Assembly (NCBI GenBank): GCA_964643285.1
Contig: CAZXSP010000002.1
Span: forward strand, 1 to 48,467
Reading direction: 5' to 3'
Length of the DNA stretch: 48,467 nt
DNA from: an uncultured Eubacteriales bacterium
GTDB lineage: Bacteria; Bacillota; Sulfobacillia; Fermentithermobacillales; Fermentithermobacillaceae
Both the position numbers and the translations under genes were made by a program. Under the pieces are notes generated by a model. That model saw only the letters and a program-made list of their open reading frames with translations, did no database searches and was not told the DNA's origin. Below, one piece after another: positions 1 through 8,400 of this stretch. The first letter of the stretch is position 1. Every line of letters starts with the position of its first letter.

Positions 1-2200
1 TCTGGGAAACGGCGTCGGAATCCACAGAAAACTCACCCGGGGTTGGATATTTCGCTACAGCCAGGCTGTTTTCATATATATCGCAATCCACATCCGGCAG
101 ATGCGACCACAATTCTTCCGTGATGAACGGCGCGAAAGGGTGGAGTAAAGCCAGGCAGTCTTTTAGCGTTTTCCACAAGACAAACTTTGTTTCGTCCACG
201 AGTTCGGGGTCTTGCAAGTCTTGTTTTGATATTTCGATGTACCAATCGCAAAACTCGGTCCATACGAAATCTATAAGGGTGCCTATGGCTTCGCCGGGCT
301 CGAATCGGTCCAAGGCTTCCTGTACCGCGCTCTTGGTAAGTTCCAGTTTGGATAAAATCCATTTTCCCGCCATGCCCCCGGGTTTCACGGGCGCGGCGGT
401 ATCAAGGCCTTCTATATTTGTAAGGCAATATCTGGCCGCGTTCCAGAGTTTGTTGCAAAAGTTTCTGGCGCTTTCCACTTTTTCGTCATAAAGCCGCATA
501 TCGTTTCCCATAGACGTCCCCAAAACCAAGGACAAACGCAAAGCATCTGCGCCGTATTTGTCTATGAGCTCCAAAGGATCGATGCCGTTACCTAAACTCT
601 TTGACATTTTGCGGCCCAAAACGTCTCTCACCATTCCGTGGATAATAACATCGTGAAACGGTACTTCTCCTGTGTGTTCGATTGAAGAAAAAATCATGCG
701 CGCGACCCAGAAAAATATGATGTCATAACCTGTGACCAGCGCGTCAGTGGGGAAGAAATACCCCAGGTCGTCTGTCTTTTCGGGCCACCCCAAGGTAGAG
801 AAGGGCCAAAGTGCCGAAGAAAACCAAGTGTCCAGCACATCTTCATCTTGGCGCAAAGCGCCTCCGCAGTCTGGACATTGGGTAGGTGTTTCTTTGGATA
901 CCAGCACTTTGCCGCATTTGTCACAGTACCAGGCAGGTATTCTGTGGCCCCACCAAAGCTGCCGCGAGATGCACCAGTCCCTCACGTTTTCCATCCAGTT
1001 TTCGTAAGTTTTGGTGAAACGCTCGGGGGTAAACTTGACCGTGCCATCGCGCACCACTTTCAGCGCCGGTTCGGCTAGGGGTTTCATTTTCACGAACCAT
1101 TGGTCGGAGATCAAAGGCTCCACAATAGAATCACATCTGTGGCAATGACCCAAAGACAGTTTATAAGGCTCTGTTTTTACCAGATGACCGGTCTCTTCGA
1201 GTTCTTCCAGCAAAGCTTTACGGCACTGATACCGATCCATTCCCTCGTATTTGCCGGCTGCTGCCGTCATGTTTCCGTGAGTGTCTATGACGCTTACAAA
1301 TTCCAAATCATGTTTTTTGCCCATTTCAAAGTCGTCCGGGTCGTGGGCAGGCGTTACCTTGACCGCGCCTGTCCCGAACTTGGGGTCAACGTGGGTGTCT
1401 TCGAAAATTGGAATTCTTCTGCCAACCACGGGAAGTACAGCGTACATGCCCACCAAGTGGGAGTATCGCGGGTCTTCGGGGCTCACCGCGATTCCTGTGT
1501 CCCCCAACATAGTTTCGGGTCTGGTGGTAGCCACAGTGATATATGTCGCGGGCGACTTTTCTGGAGCGCCGCCGGATTCCACCGTGTATCGGATGAACCA
1601 AAGCGAACCTTCCAATTCTTCGTGTTCTACTTCGATGTCTGAAATCACGGTATGGCAGTCGGGGCAGAAATTCACCATGTATTGGCCTTTATAAATGAGT
1701 CCCTTTTCGTAAAGGTTCACGAACACCTCATTTACGGCATTAGAGCATCCCTCATCCATGGTGAATCGCTCTCTGGACCAGTCGCAAGACGCGCCCATAG
1801 CTTTAATCTGATCCTTTATGATGTGCCCGTATTTGTCTTTCCACTCCCAAGCACGCTCGAGAAACTTGTCGCGACCCAGTTCCCAACGACTGGTGCCCTC
1901 CGCCGACAGCATTTCTTCGATTTTTGCGTGCGTAGCTATGGAGGCGTGGTCACTTCCCGGCACCCAAAGGGTTTCTTTACCCTGCATACGGTTATAGCGC
2001 ACGATTATGTCTTGGATAGTTAAATCCAGAGCGTGCCCTATATGAAGGGAACCTGTGATGTTAGGAGGAGGAATCACGAGGCTGAACTTGGGTTTTCCGG
2101 GCTCAACGTGCGCCTTGAATAAACTCCCATCCATCCAGTATTGATACCATTTTGTCTCAAAGGATTTCGGTTCGTAAGCTTTTTCTATTGTTTTGGCCAT
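1..2200 (-). CDS. valS: valyl-tRNA synthetase, N-terminal ~733 codons (3' end runs off the left edge)
   Basis: Absent from the ORF track because it has no stop in the window. Manual reverse-complement translation from ATG 2200..2198 stays open to position 1: MAKTIEKAYEPKSFETKWYQYW...PPPNITGSLHIGHAL (HIGH)...TTRPETMLGD...WWGHRIPAWYC...KMSKSLGN (KMSKS). SD GAAGGTGG lies 5 nt upstream. Confidence 0.93.
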   Translation of the reverse strand, partial: MAKTIEKAYEPKSFETKWYQYWMDGSLFKAHVEPGKPKFSLVIPPPNITGSLHIGHALDLTIQDIIVRYNRMQGKETLWVPGSDHASIATHAKIEEMLSAEGTSRWELGRDKFLERAWEWKDKYGHIIKDQIKAMGASCDWSRERFTMDEGCSNAVNEVFVNLYEKGLIYKGQYMVNFCPDCHTVISDIEVEHEELEGSLWFIRYTVESGGAPEKSPATYITVATTRPETMLGDTGIAVSPEDPRYSHLVGMYAVLPVVGRRIPIFEDTHVDPKFGTGAVKVTPAHDPDDFEMGKKHDLEFVSVIDTHGNMTAAAGKYEGMDRYQCRKALLEELEETGHLVKTEPYKLSLGHCHRCDSIVEPLISDQWFVKMKPLAEPALKVVRDGTVKFTPERFTKTYENWMENVRDWCISRQLWWGHRIPAWYCDKCGKVLVSKETPTQCPDCGGALRQDEDVLDTWFSSALWPFSTLGWPEKTDDLGYFFPTDALVTGYDIIFFWVARMIFSSIEHTGEVPFHDVIIHGMVRDVLGRKMSKSLGNGIDPLELIDKYGADALRLSLVLGTSMGNDMRLYDEKVESARNFCNKLWNAARYCLTNIEGLDTAAPVKPGGMAGKWILSKLELTKSAVQEALDRFEPGEAIGTLIDFVWTEFCDWYIEISKQDLQDPELVDETKFVLWKTLKDCLALLHPFAPFITEELWSHLPDVDCDIYENSLAVAKYPTPGEFSVDSDAVSQ

Positions 2201-2482
2201 CTGTACCACCTTCGGAAATGTTATGGCCCCTCCATCACAAGGACGAAGGGGCCTAATTCGTGGTACCACCTTGTTTCCGGCTTTGGGATACGGTGGCATG
2301 CCCTAAACCGGCACTCTTGGCCTTAACGCGGCTAAAACGCCCGGTCACAAAAACCGGGGTCTCAAGGGCGACCTTCAGTGGAATCTTCGCGCGAGATTTT
2401 CACCATTAAGTCTCGCTCTCTGCGGGGAGATTTTCCACTTACTCCTCCCTCTCAAAGACAAAAGAAAGATTGAATTTTTATT
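2201..2482 (-). promoter_or_regulatory. T-box riboswitch leader of valS (Val specifier GUC)
   Basis: Minus-strand RNA contains AGAGAGCGAGAC...GGUGAAAA (stem I elements). The specifier-loop context is GAAGGUCGCC, with GUC at 2372..2370. The T-box motif ACAAGGUGGUACCACGAA lies around 2276..2257. The antiterminator pairs ACAAGG/CCUUGU and ACGAA/UUCGU around a 7-nt UGGUACC bulge. The competing hairpin is GGCCCCUUC/GGAGGGGCC (2253..2225). Confidence 0.85.
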
Positions 2483-2488
2483 GTGAGT

Positions 2489-2517
2489 ATCATACCAAGA
2501 TGTATGCAACTATGCAA
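2489..2517 (-). promoter_or_regulatory. sigma-A type promoter for the valS leader
   Basis: On the minus strand: TTGCAT (2517..2512), 17 nt spacer, TATGAT (2494..2489), with TG one base upstream of the -10 hexamer. Confidence 0.6.
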
Positions 2518-2540
2518 AGAAATGAGACAGGGGATTGGTT

Positions 2541-2615
2541 TGGTGGCCCCAACGGGAATCGAACCCGTGTTACCGCCTTGAAAGGGCGGTGTCTTGACCG
2601 CTTGACTATGGGGCC
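2541..2615 (-). tRNA. tRNA-Glu (anticodon UUC), CCA encoded
   Basis: Reverse complement is GGCCCCATAGTCAAGCGGTCAAGACACCGCCCTTTCAAGGCGGTAACACGGGTTCGATTCCCGTTGGGGCCACCA. It folds as a cloverleaf with anticodon loop CUUUCAA. Confidence 0.93.
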
Positions 2616-2655
2616 ACGCTACATAATTGTGAACTCAATTTGCTTTTAGATCAAG

Positions 2656-2730
2656 TGGTGCGCCCGGGGTGCATCGAACACCCGACCAATCGGTTATGAG
2701 CCGACCGCTCTGCCACTGAGCTACGGGCGC
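2656..2730 (-). tRNA. tRNA with CAU anticodon (elongator Met or lysidine-modified Ile2; not initiator-like)
   Basis: Reverse complement is GCGCCCGTAGCTCAGTGGCAGAGCGGTCGGCTCATAACCGATTGGTCGGGTGTTCGATGCACCCCGGGCGCACCA. The G1-C72 pair is intact and the anticodon stem lacks the three G-C pairs, which argues against tRNA-fMet. Confidence 0.88.
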
Positions 2731-2744
2731 ATCAGTTCAGTTAA

Positions 2745-2819
2745 TGGCTCCCCGAGCAGGACTCGAACCTGCAACCCTCCGGTTAACAGCCGGATGCTCT
2801 GCCATTGAGCTATCGAGGA
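2745..2819 (-). tRNA. tRNA-Asn (anticodon GUU), CCA encoded
   Basis: Reverse complement is TCCTCGATAGCTCAATGGCAGAGCATCCGGCTGTTAACCGGAGGGTTGCAGGTTCGAGTCCTGCTCGGGGAGCCA. The acceptor stem is UCCUCGA/UCGGGGA with discriminator G. Confidence 0.92.
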
Positions 2820-2830
2820 GCGACAGAAAC

Positions 2831-2860
2831 ACTATACCTGTTCGCTTTCGTGTCTGTCAA
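2831..2860 (-). promoter_or_regulatory. sigma-A type promoter of the tRNA operon
   Basis: On the minus strand: TTGACA (2860..2855), 18 nt spacer, TATAGT (2836..2831), about 12 nt upstream of the tRNA-Asn 5' end. Confidence 0.65.
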
Positions 2861-2977
2861 GAAAAACGAAGCAAAATTGGTGTCTCTCGCACTGCGTTCT
2901 TTGTTACCGCATGAAATCTTTATGCGCTGGAAAATATACACACAAGTCGGTTATGGCTGGTAAGGAGGTGGTTTTAA

Positions 2978-3316
2978 ATGGGCGGTTCCTGGATAAATAC
3001 GATTATACGGTTCGTAGTATCAGCTATAGTACTCATGGTAATGGGGCTTGTGTTGCCCGGATTTTCAGTATTCGGGTTTGTAAACGCTTTGGTAGCCGCT
3101 TTGGTGATAGCGGCTATAGGTTGGGGAGTTGAGGCTGTTCTTGGCCAAAGGGTTTCCCCGCAATCCCGCGGCATAGTGGGATTCATCGTGGCTGCTATCG
3201 TCATTTATGTGAGCCAGTTTGTAGTTCCGGGAATGAGCGTTACTATCATTGGCGCGCTTCTGGCTTCATTGGTAGTCGGAATAATAGATGCATTTGTTCC
3301 TACCGTCATAAGGTAA
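2978..3316 (+). CDS. small 4-TM membrane protein, holin-family-4_2 / YvlD-like
   Basis: 112 aa and very hydrophobic, with the repeated pattern LVLPGFSVFGFVNALVAALV / FVVPGMSVTIIGALLASLVV typical of that family. Strong SD TAAGGAGGTG upstream of the ATG. Confidence 0.5.
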   Translation: MGGSWINTIIRFVVSAIVLMVMGLVLPGFSVFGFVNALVAALVIAAIGWGVEAVLGQRVSPQSRGIVGFIVAAIVIYVSQFVVPGMSVTIIGALLASLVVGIIDAFVPTVIR

Positions 3317-3390
3317 AAACAGAAGAAAGGCGGGCAGGGGTAGTCCGGTCATTAACTGCCGCTCTTACTCATATCCAAAGAAGAGAAGGA

Positions 3391-4506
3391 GTGGCGCCGG
3401 TGAAGATTAAAGGAAGACCCCTTGCTCGCCTTTTTCGCCTCACTCTTTTACAAACGCTTTTGGTAGTGTTACTTCTGTGTTTTTCGTTAGCTATCCATCC
3501 AAACGTGTGGCTGCCTACATTCGGCGGCCAGGAAGGGGCGGCCCCGGGGGAAATACGTACCTTTTCTGTGTTTGACTTGCTGCGAAAGCAAGAAGACTTG
3601 GTGAAGAAGGTATTCAAAGCGGGCTTTCCTATTGTCCAATACCTTGAAAACCATCGCTACGACGCGGAAATTCCCGGTTTCATGTCTTACATCGCCGGTT
3701 GGTTCTTAGGCTTTGTCCCCGGAAACATGTGGGAATTGGCGGCTGCCCAGTTTCCCGGCGGCCTTACCGCATGCGCGAAAGATCCCATTGCAGCCCCCGA
3801 GGATTTGGAGAAAGATTGGGGAATTATGCCGGTGTTGTACTCTTTACCGCCGGGTGAAGGCGTACAAGCATCTGTGGGCATGGCCGACAAACCCATGATC
3901 GCCATATACCATACCCACGCCACAGAGTCGTATCTGCCTGACCTTGGCAAAAAAGGATCCGAAAACGCCTTTACCAGCGATATGACAAAGTCTGTGGTCA
4001 AAGTAGGAGAAATGTTTTTATCCGAACTGGAAAAACGGTACAGAATTCCGTGTATTCATTCAAAAACGGTTCACGACGAGGAATCCCGAGCGGGCGCGTA
4101 TTGCAGGTCCGAGACGACAATTCAAGCCATACAAAAAAAGTATCCTTCGTGCCAAGTGTTGCTTGACCTTCACCGTGATAGTCAACCCAGAAGCATTACG
4201 GCGGTAAAAATACGGGATAAACAGTATGCCAGAATACTTCTGGTAATAGGAACCAACAATCCTAATTGGGTGAAAAACTACGAATTCGCAAGGTCGATAA
4301 CATCGTATCTGGAAGACGCGTACCCGGGAATTTCCAGAGGAATATTGTACGCTTCTGCCAACTACAACCAGAACTACTCGCCTCAGGCCCTGGTGGTTGA
4401 GGTTGGAGGAATCGACAACACGCTGGCTGAATGCAAAAACAGTATGGAAGCTTTGGCATGGGCTGTAGCAGCTGCCCTGCTTCCAAGTATCCCCGCCAGG
4501 CCCTAA
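3391..4506 (+). CDS. spoIIP: stage II sporulation protein P
   Basis: N-terminal TM segment followed by SpoIIP-type amidase motifs: IAIYHTHATESY, VLLDLHRDS, ILLVIGTNNPNW, YNQNYSPQALVVEVGG. GTG at 3400 (SD AAGGAG 3386..3391, 8 nt spacing) is a more likely start than 3391. Confidence 0.88.
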   Translation: MAPVKIKGRPLARLFRLTLLQTLLVVLLLCFSLAIHPNVWLPTFGGQEGAAPGEIRTFSVFDLLRKQEDLVKKVFKAGFPIVQYLENHRYDAEIPGFMSYIAGWFLGFVPGNMWELAAAQFPGGLTACAKDPIAAPEDLEKDWGIMPVLYSLPPGEGVQASVGMADKPMIAIYHTHATESYLPDLGKKGSENAFTSDMTKSVVKVGEMFLSELEKRYRIPCIHSKTVHDEESRAGAYCRSETTIQAIQKKYPSCQVLLDLHRDSQPRSITAVKIRDKQYARILLVIGTNNPNWVKNYEFARSITSYLEDAYPGISRGILYASANYNQNYSPQALVVEVGGIDNTLAECKNSMEALAWAVAAALLPSIPARP

Positions 4507-4532
4507 TCTTTGGCCGCGCGTCGCAATTCTCG

Positions 4533-4562
4533 TTGACACTTCGGCTTTTTACGTGCTATCTT
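4533..4562 (+). promoter_or_regulatory. sigma-A promoter of the hrcA operon
   Basis: TTGACA (4533..4538), 18 nt spacer, TGcTATCTT extended -10 (hexamer 4557..4562). Confidence 0.65.
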
Positions 4563-4571
4563 CCATTTAGG

Positions 4572-4598
4572 TTAGCACTCCACCATTTAGAGTGCTAA
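4572..4598 (+). promoter_or_regulatory. CIRCE operator (HrcA binding site)
   Basis: Perfect consensus TTAGCACTC-N9-GAGTGCTAA, located immediately downstream of the -10 box and upstream of hrcA. Confidence 0.95.
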
Positions 4599-4615
4599 AG
4601 AAGGGAGGCCTGCCA

Positions 4616-5641
4616 GTGGTTCTCGACCGTAGAAAAGCCAGGGTGTTAAGGGCAGTCGTCGAGGAACACATCGAGACCGGACTTCCTGTAGGTTCCCGGG
4701 TTATAGCGCGCCGCTATTCTTTGGGCGTTAGCCCGGCTACTATCAGAAACGAGATGGCCGATCTCGAAGATACGGGTTATCTTGATAAACCCCATACCTC
4801 CTCCGGGCGGGTTCCGTCCGATAGGGGATATAGGTTTTATGTAGACGAACTCATGCCCCAAAAAGGGCTGTCCCAAAATGAGTTGTTGTCGCTTGAAGTT
4901 TTGTTTAGAACAAAGGCCAAAGATGTAGTGTCTTTTCTGCGGGAAACCGTAAGAGTCATATCGGAAACTACAAATTACCTGGGTTTTATACTGGGACCCG
5001 ATTCAAGTGAGGTTATTTACACCGGCATCCACCTGTTGCCGGTGTCTGTGGGCAAGGCTTTGTTGGTTATAGCAACCGATGTTGGTTTTGTGGAAACATG
5101 TGTTATAGAAGTCCCGCCCATGTCTTTGGACGAAATGCGAAGCGTCTCCGACATGCTAACCCAAAATCTTGCCAATGTGGAACTGGCAAAAGTACCCGAT
5201 AGGGCATATTCCATGCTGCACGAAGAAACTTCCGGGTATGGCGAAATCGTGGAACAAGTGGTGGAGTTTCTGGGCGGCCTTGAAACTTGGTCCGACGGCG
5301 AAAAGCTATTTGTGGGCGGCACGGCAAACCTTTTGAGTCTGCCCGAGTTCAAAGATATCGACAAAGTAAAAAAGCTCCTTTCGGTTATAGAAAGCGAAGA
5401 TCTAATCAAATGTCTTCTGGGTAGGGAACCTCAAGTTGACGGGCCTTCTATTACCATCGGCGAAGAAAACGAATCCGAAGCAGCCAGGGGTTTCAGCATG
5501 GTTTACGGTAAGTTTTCCGCGGGTAAAAGTCAGGGCAAAATCGGTCTTTTGGGCCCCAAAAGAATGGATTACTCCAAATCAGTCGCTATCGTAAAATTTT
5601 TTGAAAGCAGATTGTCTTATTACCTGTCGCAACTATCGTAA
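4616..5641 (+). CDS. hrcA: heat-inducible transcription repressor HrcA
   Basis: N-terminal winged HTH (RKARVLRAVVEEHIETGLPVGSR...SPATIRNEMADLE..GYL.KPHTSSGRVPS..GYRFYVD). GTG at 4616 follows SD GAAGGGAGG. The track ORF begins at 4592, inside CIRCE. Confidence 0.92.
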   Translation: MVLDRRKARVLRAVVEEHIETGLPVGSRVIARRYSLGVSPATIRNEMADLEDTGYLDKPHTSSGRVPSDRGYRFYVDELMPQKGLSQNELLSLEVLFRTKAKDVVSFLRETVRVISETTNYLGFILGPDSSEVIYTGIHLLPVSVGKALLVIATDVGFVETCVIEVPPMSLDEMRSVSDMLTQNLANVELAKVPDRAYSMLHEETSGYGEIVEQVVEFLGGLETWSDGEKLFVGGTANLLSLPEFKDIDKVKKLLSVIESEDLIKCLLGREPQVDGPSITIGEENESEAARGFSMVYGKFSAGKSQGKIGLLGPKRMDYSKSVAIVKFFESRLSYYLSQLS

Positions 5642-5667
5642 CAGCTAACGCCCAAAGGGGGAAAAAG

Positions 5668-7248
5668 ATGACTCTCAAACAAGCCGCTCAGGGCTCGGAA
5701 ATCGATGAAAAGCTGGCAGCTTTGCTCACCAATTCAAATGCGGTTCGCGCTATAGCGTCGGCGGTTGAGGGCACAATCGGCCCTAAGGGGTTGGATACGT
5801 TGCTTGTAGACAGATATGGCGAGGTTGTCATAACCAATGACGGTATGACCATTCTCACCAAAATGGACGTCACACACCCTGCTGCCAAAATGGTCATCAA
5901 CACAGCGAAAGCCCAAGAGGAAGAAGTGGGCGATGGTACCACAACGGCCACAATTATAGCGGGCGCCCTTCTGGCGGAAGGGGTATCTCAAGCTATCCGC
6001 GGGGTACCTGTAACAAGGCTTATAGACGGAATCAAGACCGGCATGGAGAAAGCGGTGCAGTTTGTAGGAGAGAACTCCACAAAAATCCAAGGTGTCGATG
6101 ACCCTCTTCTGAGCAGGGTGGCACTCATTGCAGGCCGCGGGCATAAAGATGTCGCCGAGTTGATTGTTTCAGCCGCTAAAATGGTTGGATTGGAAAAACT
6201 TTTGGATGGCCGGTTCAAGCTCGCCGACACTATTGTCGCCAAAGAAGGCGCCAATAACGAAGTTTTCGCGGGAATCATCGTTGACAAAGAACGTCTTGAA
6301 GACGAGATGCCTGAATGTCTGGATAACCCCAAAATCTTGGTTATCGACGATGCCTTGGAACCTGAAGATGTGGAAGACGAAGCCTTAGCCACAGAAGCCG
6401 GATTCAATCGGTATTTGGCTTTGCAAGAAGAATTCAAGGCCAATTTATCCAAAGCCATAAGTTTGGGCGTCAATTTGGTGGTAGTGGACAAAAGCATCTG
6501 CGATACAGCGGTTGAAATGCTTTTGGACGCGGGCGTCATGGCTTTATCCCGCGTGTCGTCGGCGGAGCTTCGAAAAGTGTGTGAACACACAGGGGCCAGA
6601 ACCCTGAAGCGTACCGGGCTTAAGAAAGACGCAAACGAATTGGAAAAGTATCTTGGGAGGGCCGATAAGGTTTACCAAGACCAAAAGCTTGAAAACATAA
6701 GGATTCTCGGGGGCAAAGGAAAACCAATGGCAACCGTCTTGGTTGGCGCCACTACAGAAGAAGTGCGCGGTGAAAGACAGCGTATCTGCACTGACGCTGC
6801 GTCATCGGTGCAAGCGGCTATTAAAGGCGGTGTGGTGCCCGGGGGCGGAGCCATGGAGATGGCGGCGTCTTTGCAAGTAGACAGCGTCAAGGCCACTCAG
6901 AAGGGAATGCAGGTTTACGGTGTCCAATGCGTAATTGAAGCTCTAAAACAGCCGTTAGCGCAAATTGTCTCCAACGCGGGCTTCAATCCTTTGGAAAAAG
7001 TGGGCGATGTGGCTGCCCGTCAAGGGGAAGAAAATAATTGGAATTTGGCGCTTGATTGCGATACAGGCGAAATATGTGACATGTTCGATATGGGCGTGAT
7101 CGACCCCGCCCCGGTGAAAATTCATGCCTTGAAGGCAGCTCTGGAAATTGCCTGCGCGATTTTGCGGATTGACACCATAATCAAGAAAAAAGAAGAAACC
7201 GATGGCGCGCAAAAACCTAAAAACGCTTTGGAGGCTACGGGCTTTTGA
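5668..7248 (+). CDS. thermosome-like chaperonin (Cpn60/TCP-1 family, archaeal-type group II / bacterial group III)
   Basis: 526 aa with group II signatures: [62 protein letters not shown]. No GroEL-type motifs and no groES nearby. SD AAAGGGGGA upstream. Confidence 0.88.
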   Translation: MTLKQAAQGSEIDEKLAALLTNSNAVRAIASAVEGTIGPKGLDTLLVDRYGEVVITNDGMTILTKMDVTHPAAKMVINTAKAQEEEVGDGTTTATIIAGALLAEGVSQAIRGVPVTRLIDGIKTGMEKAVQFVGENSTKIQGVDDPLLSRVALIAGRGHKDVAELIVSAAKMVGLEKLLDGRFKLADTIVAKEGANNEVFAGIIVDKERLEDEMPECLDNPKILVIDDALEPEDVEDEALATEAGFNRYLALQEEFKANLSKAISLGVNLVVVDKSICDTAVEMLLDAGVMALSRVSSAELRKVCEHTGARTLKRTGLKKDANELEKYLGRADKVYQDQKLENIRILGGKGKPMATVLVGATTEEVRGERQRICTDAASSVQAAIKGGVVPGGGAMEMAASLQVDSVKATQKGMQVYGVQCVIEALKQPLAQIVSNAGFNPLEKVGDVAARQGEENNWNLALDCDTGEICDMFDMGVIDPAPVKIHALKAALEIACAILRIDTIIKKKEETDGAQKPKNALEATGF

Positions 7249-8390
7249 GTAAGGATTATTACGAAATTTTAGGAGTAAATAAGGACGCCGACCCCGACGA
7301 TATCAAACGCGCTTTCAGGCAGCTCGCCAAGAAGTACCATCCTGACGCCAACCCCGGGGATTCGGGCGCTGAATCTAAGTTCAAAGAAATCAATGAGGCG
7401 TATGACGTCCTGTCGGATCCAAGTAAAAAATCCAATTACGATGCTTACGGAAACCCCGAAGGGCCTGTGGTTGGCCCGGGACAGGGCGGCGCTGGCGATA
7501 ACCCGTTTGGTCAAGTGTTCGGCGATTTCGGAGGCATCCCCTTTGGGAATCTTTTCGAAGATCTTATGGGCGGGGGCAGGAGAAGAAGTACCGGGCCCAG
7601 ACGTGGCGCTGACCTTGAGCTTGAAATGGACATTACCTTAGAAGAAGCTTTTTCGGGAACCGATAAAGACGTGCGGATACCGAGGGTTGAAACTTGTTCG
7701 CGTTGCGAAGGCAGCGGCGCGGAACCGGGAACAAAGGTCACGACGTGCCCTACTTGTCACGGGACAGGTCAGGTTCACGAGGCGCGCTCCAGCATCTTCG
7801 GCCAGGTGATGACCGTAACCACCTGTCCCAAATGCGGGGGGACGGGAAAAATGGTGGAAAAACCTTGCCGCGAGTGCGATGGTCTTGGACAGCTTCAAAG
7901 AAACCGCACGGTTACCGTGAAGGTCCCGGCAGGCGCCGATTCAGGGCTTCGGCTGCGTTTAGCCGGGCAGGGTAACGCCGGTAGTCAAGGCGGCCCCACA
8001 GGGGATCTTTATGTGGCCATTTTCGTAAAACCTCATGCTATATTCCAACGCCAAGGCGACGATCTGATTCTGGACAAAGTCATAAGTTTCCCTTTGGCCG
8101 CAGTGGGTGGCACGACGCGAATACCTACCTTGGAAACCGATATCGATTTAGATGTGCCGTCGGGTACCCAGCCCGGGGCTGTTCTGCGCGTAAGAAACAA
8201 AGGCATGCCCCGGCTCAGGCAAAGAAGTAAGGGCGATCTTTTGGTTCGGGTCAACGTTCGCGTTCCTACTAAACTTTCCTCTAAAGACAAAGAGACTTTG
8301 AGAAGTATGGGTAAGCTCGATGGAGAAGCTTTCAAGGATTCCCGTACCCTTTTTCAGCGCCTAAAAGGCGCCGGGGAGTCCGGTAAATAG
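7245..8390 (+). CDS. dnaJ: chaperone DnaJ (type I: J domain, G/F region, four CxxCxGxG zinc motifs)
   Basis: DYYEILGV...KKYHPD J domain. Zinc motifs CSRCEGSG, CPTCHGTG, CPKCGGTG, CRECDGLG. The TTG start overlaps the chaperonin stop (TTGA). Confidence 0.95.
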   Translation: MSKDYYEILGVNKDADPDDIKRAFRQLAKKYHPDANPGDSGAESKFKEINEAYDVLSDPSKKSNYDAYGNPEGPVVGPGQGGAGDNPFGQVFGDFGGIPFGNLFEDLMGGGRRRSTGPRRGADLELEMDITLEEAFSGTDKDVRIPRVETCSRCEGSGAEPGTKVTTCPTCHGTGQVHEARSSIFGQVMTVTTCPKCGGTGKMVEKPCRECDGLGQLQRNRTVTVKVPAGADSGLRLRLAGQGNAGSQGGPTGDLYVAIFVKPHAIFQRQGDDLILDKVISFPLAAVGGTTRIPTLETDIDLDVPSGTQPGAVLRVRNKGMPRLRQRSKGDLLVRVNVRVPTKLSSKDKETLRSMGKLDGEAFKDSRTLFQRLKGAGESGK

Positions 8391-8400
8391 GGGGGTAGAT

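Noticed and set aside
72-2326. Many short ORFs on both strands in the first 2.3 kb of the ORF track
   Set aside because: The region is fully explained by the open-ended minus-strand valS reading frame, which I verified codon by codon, and its T-box leader. The listed ORFs are out-of-frame or antisense artefacts.
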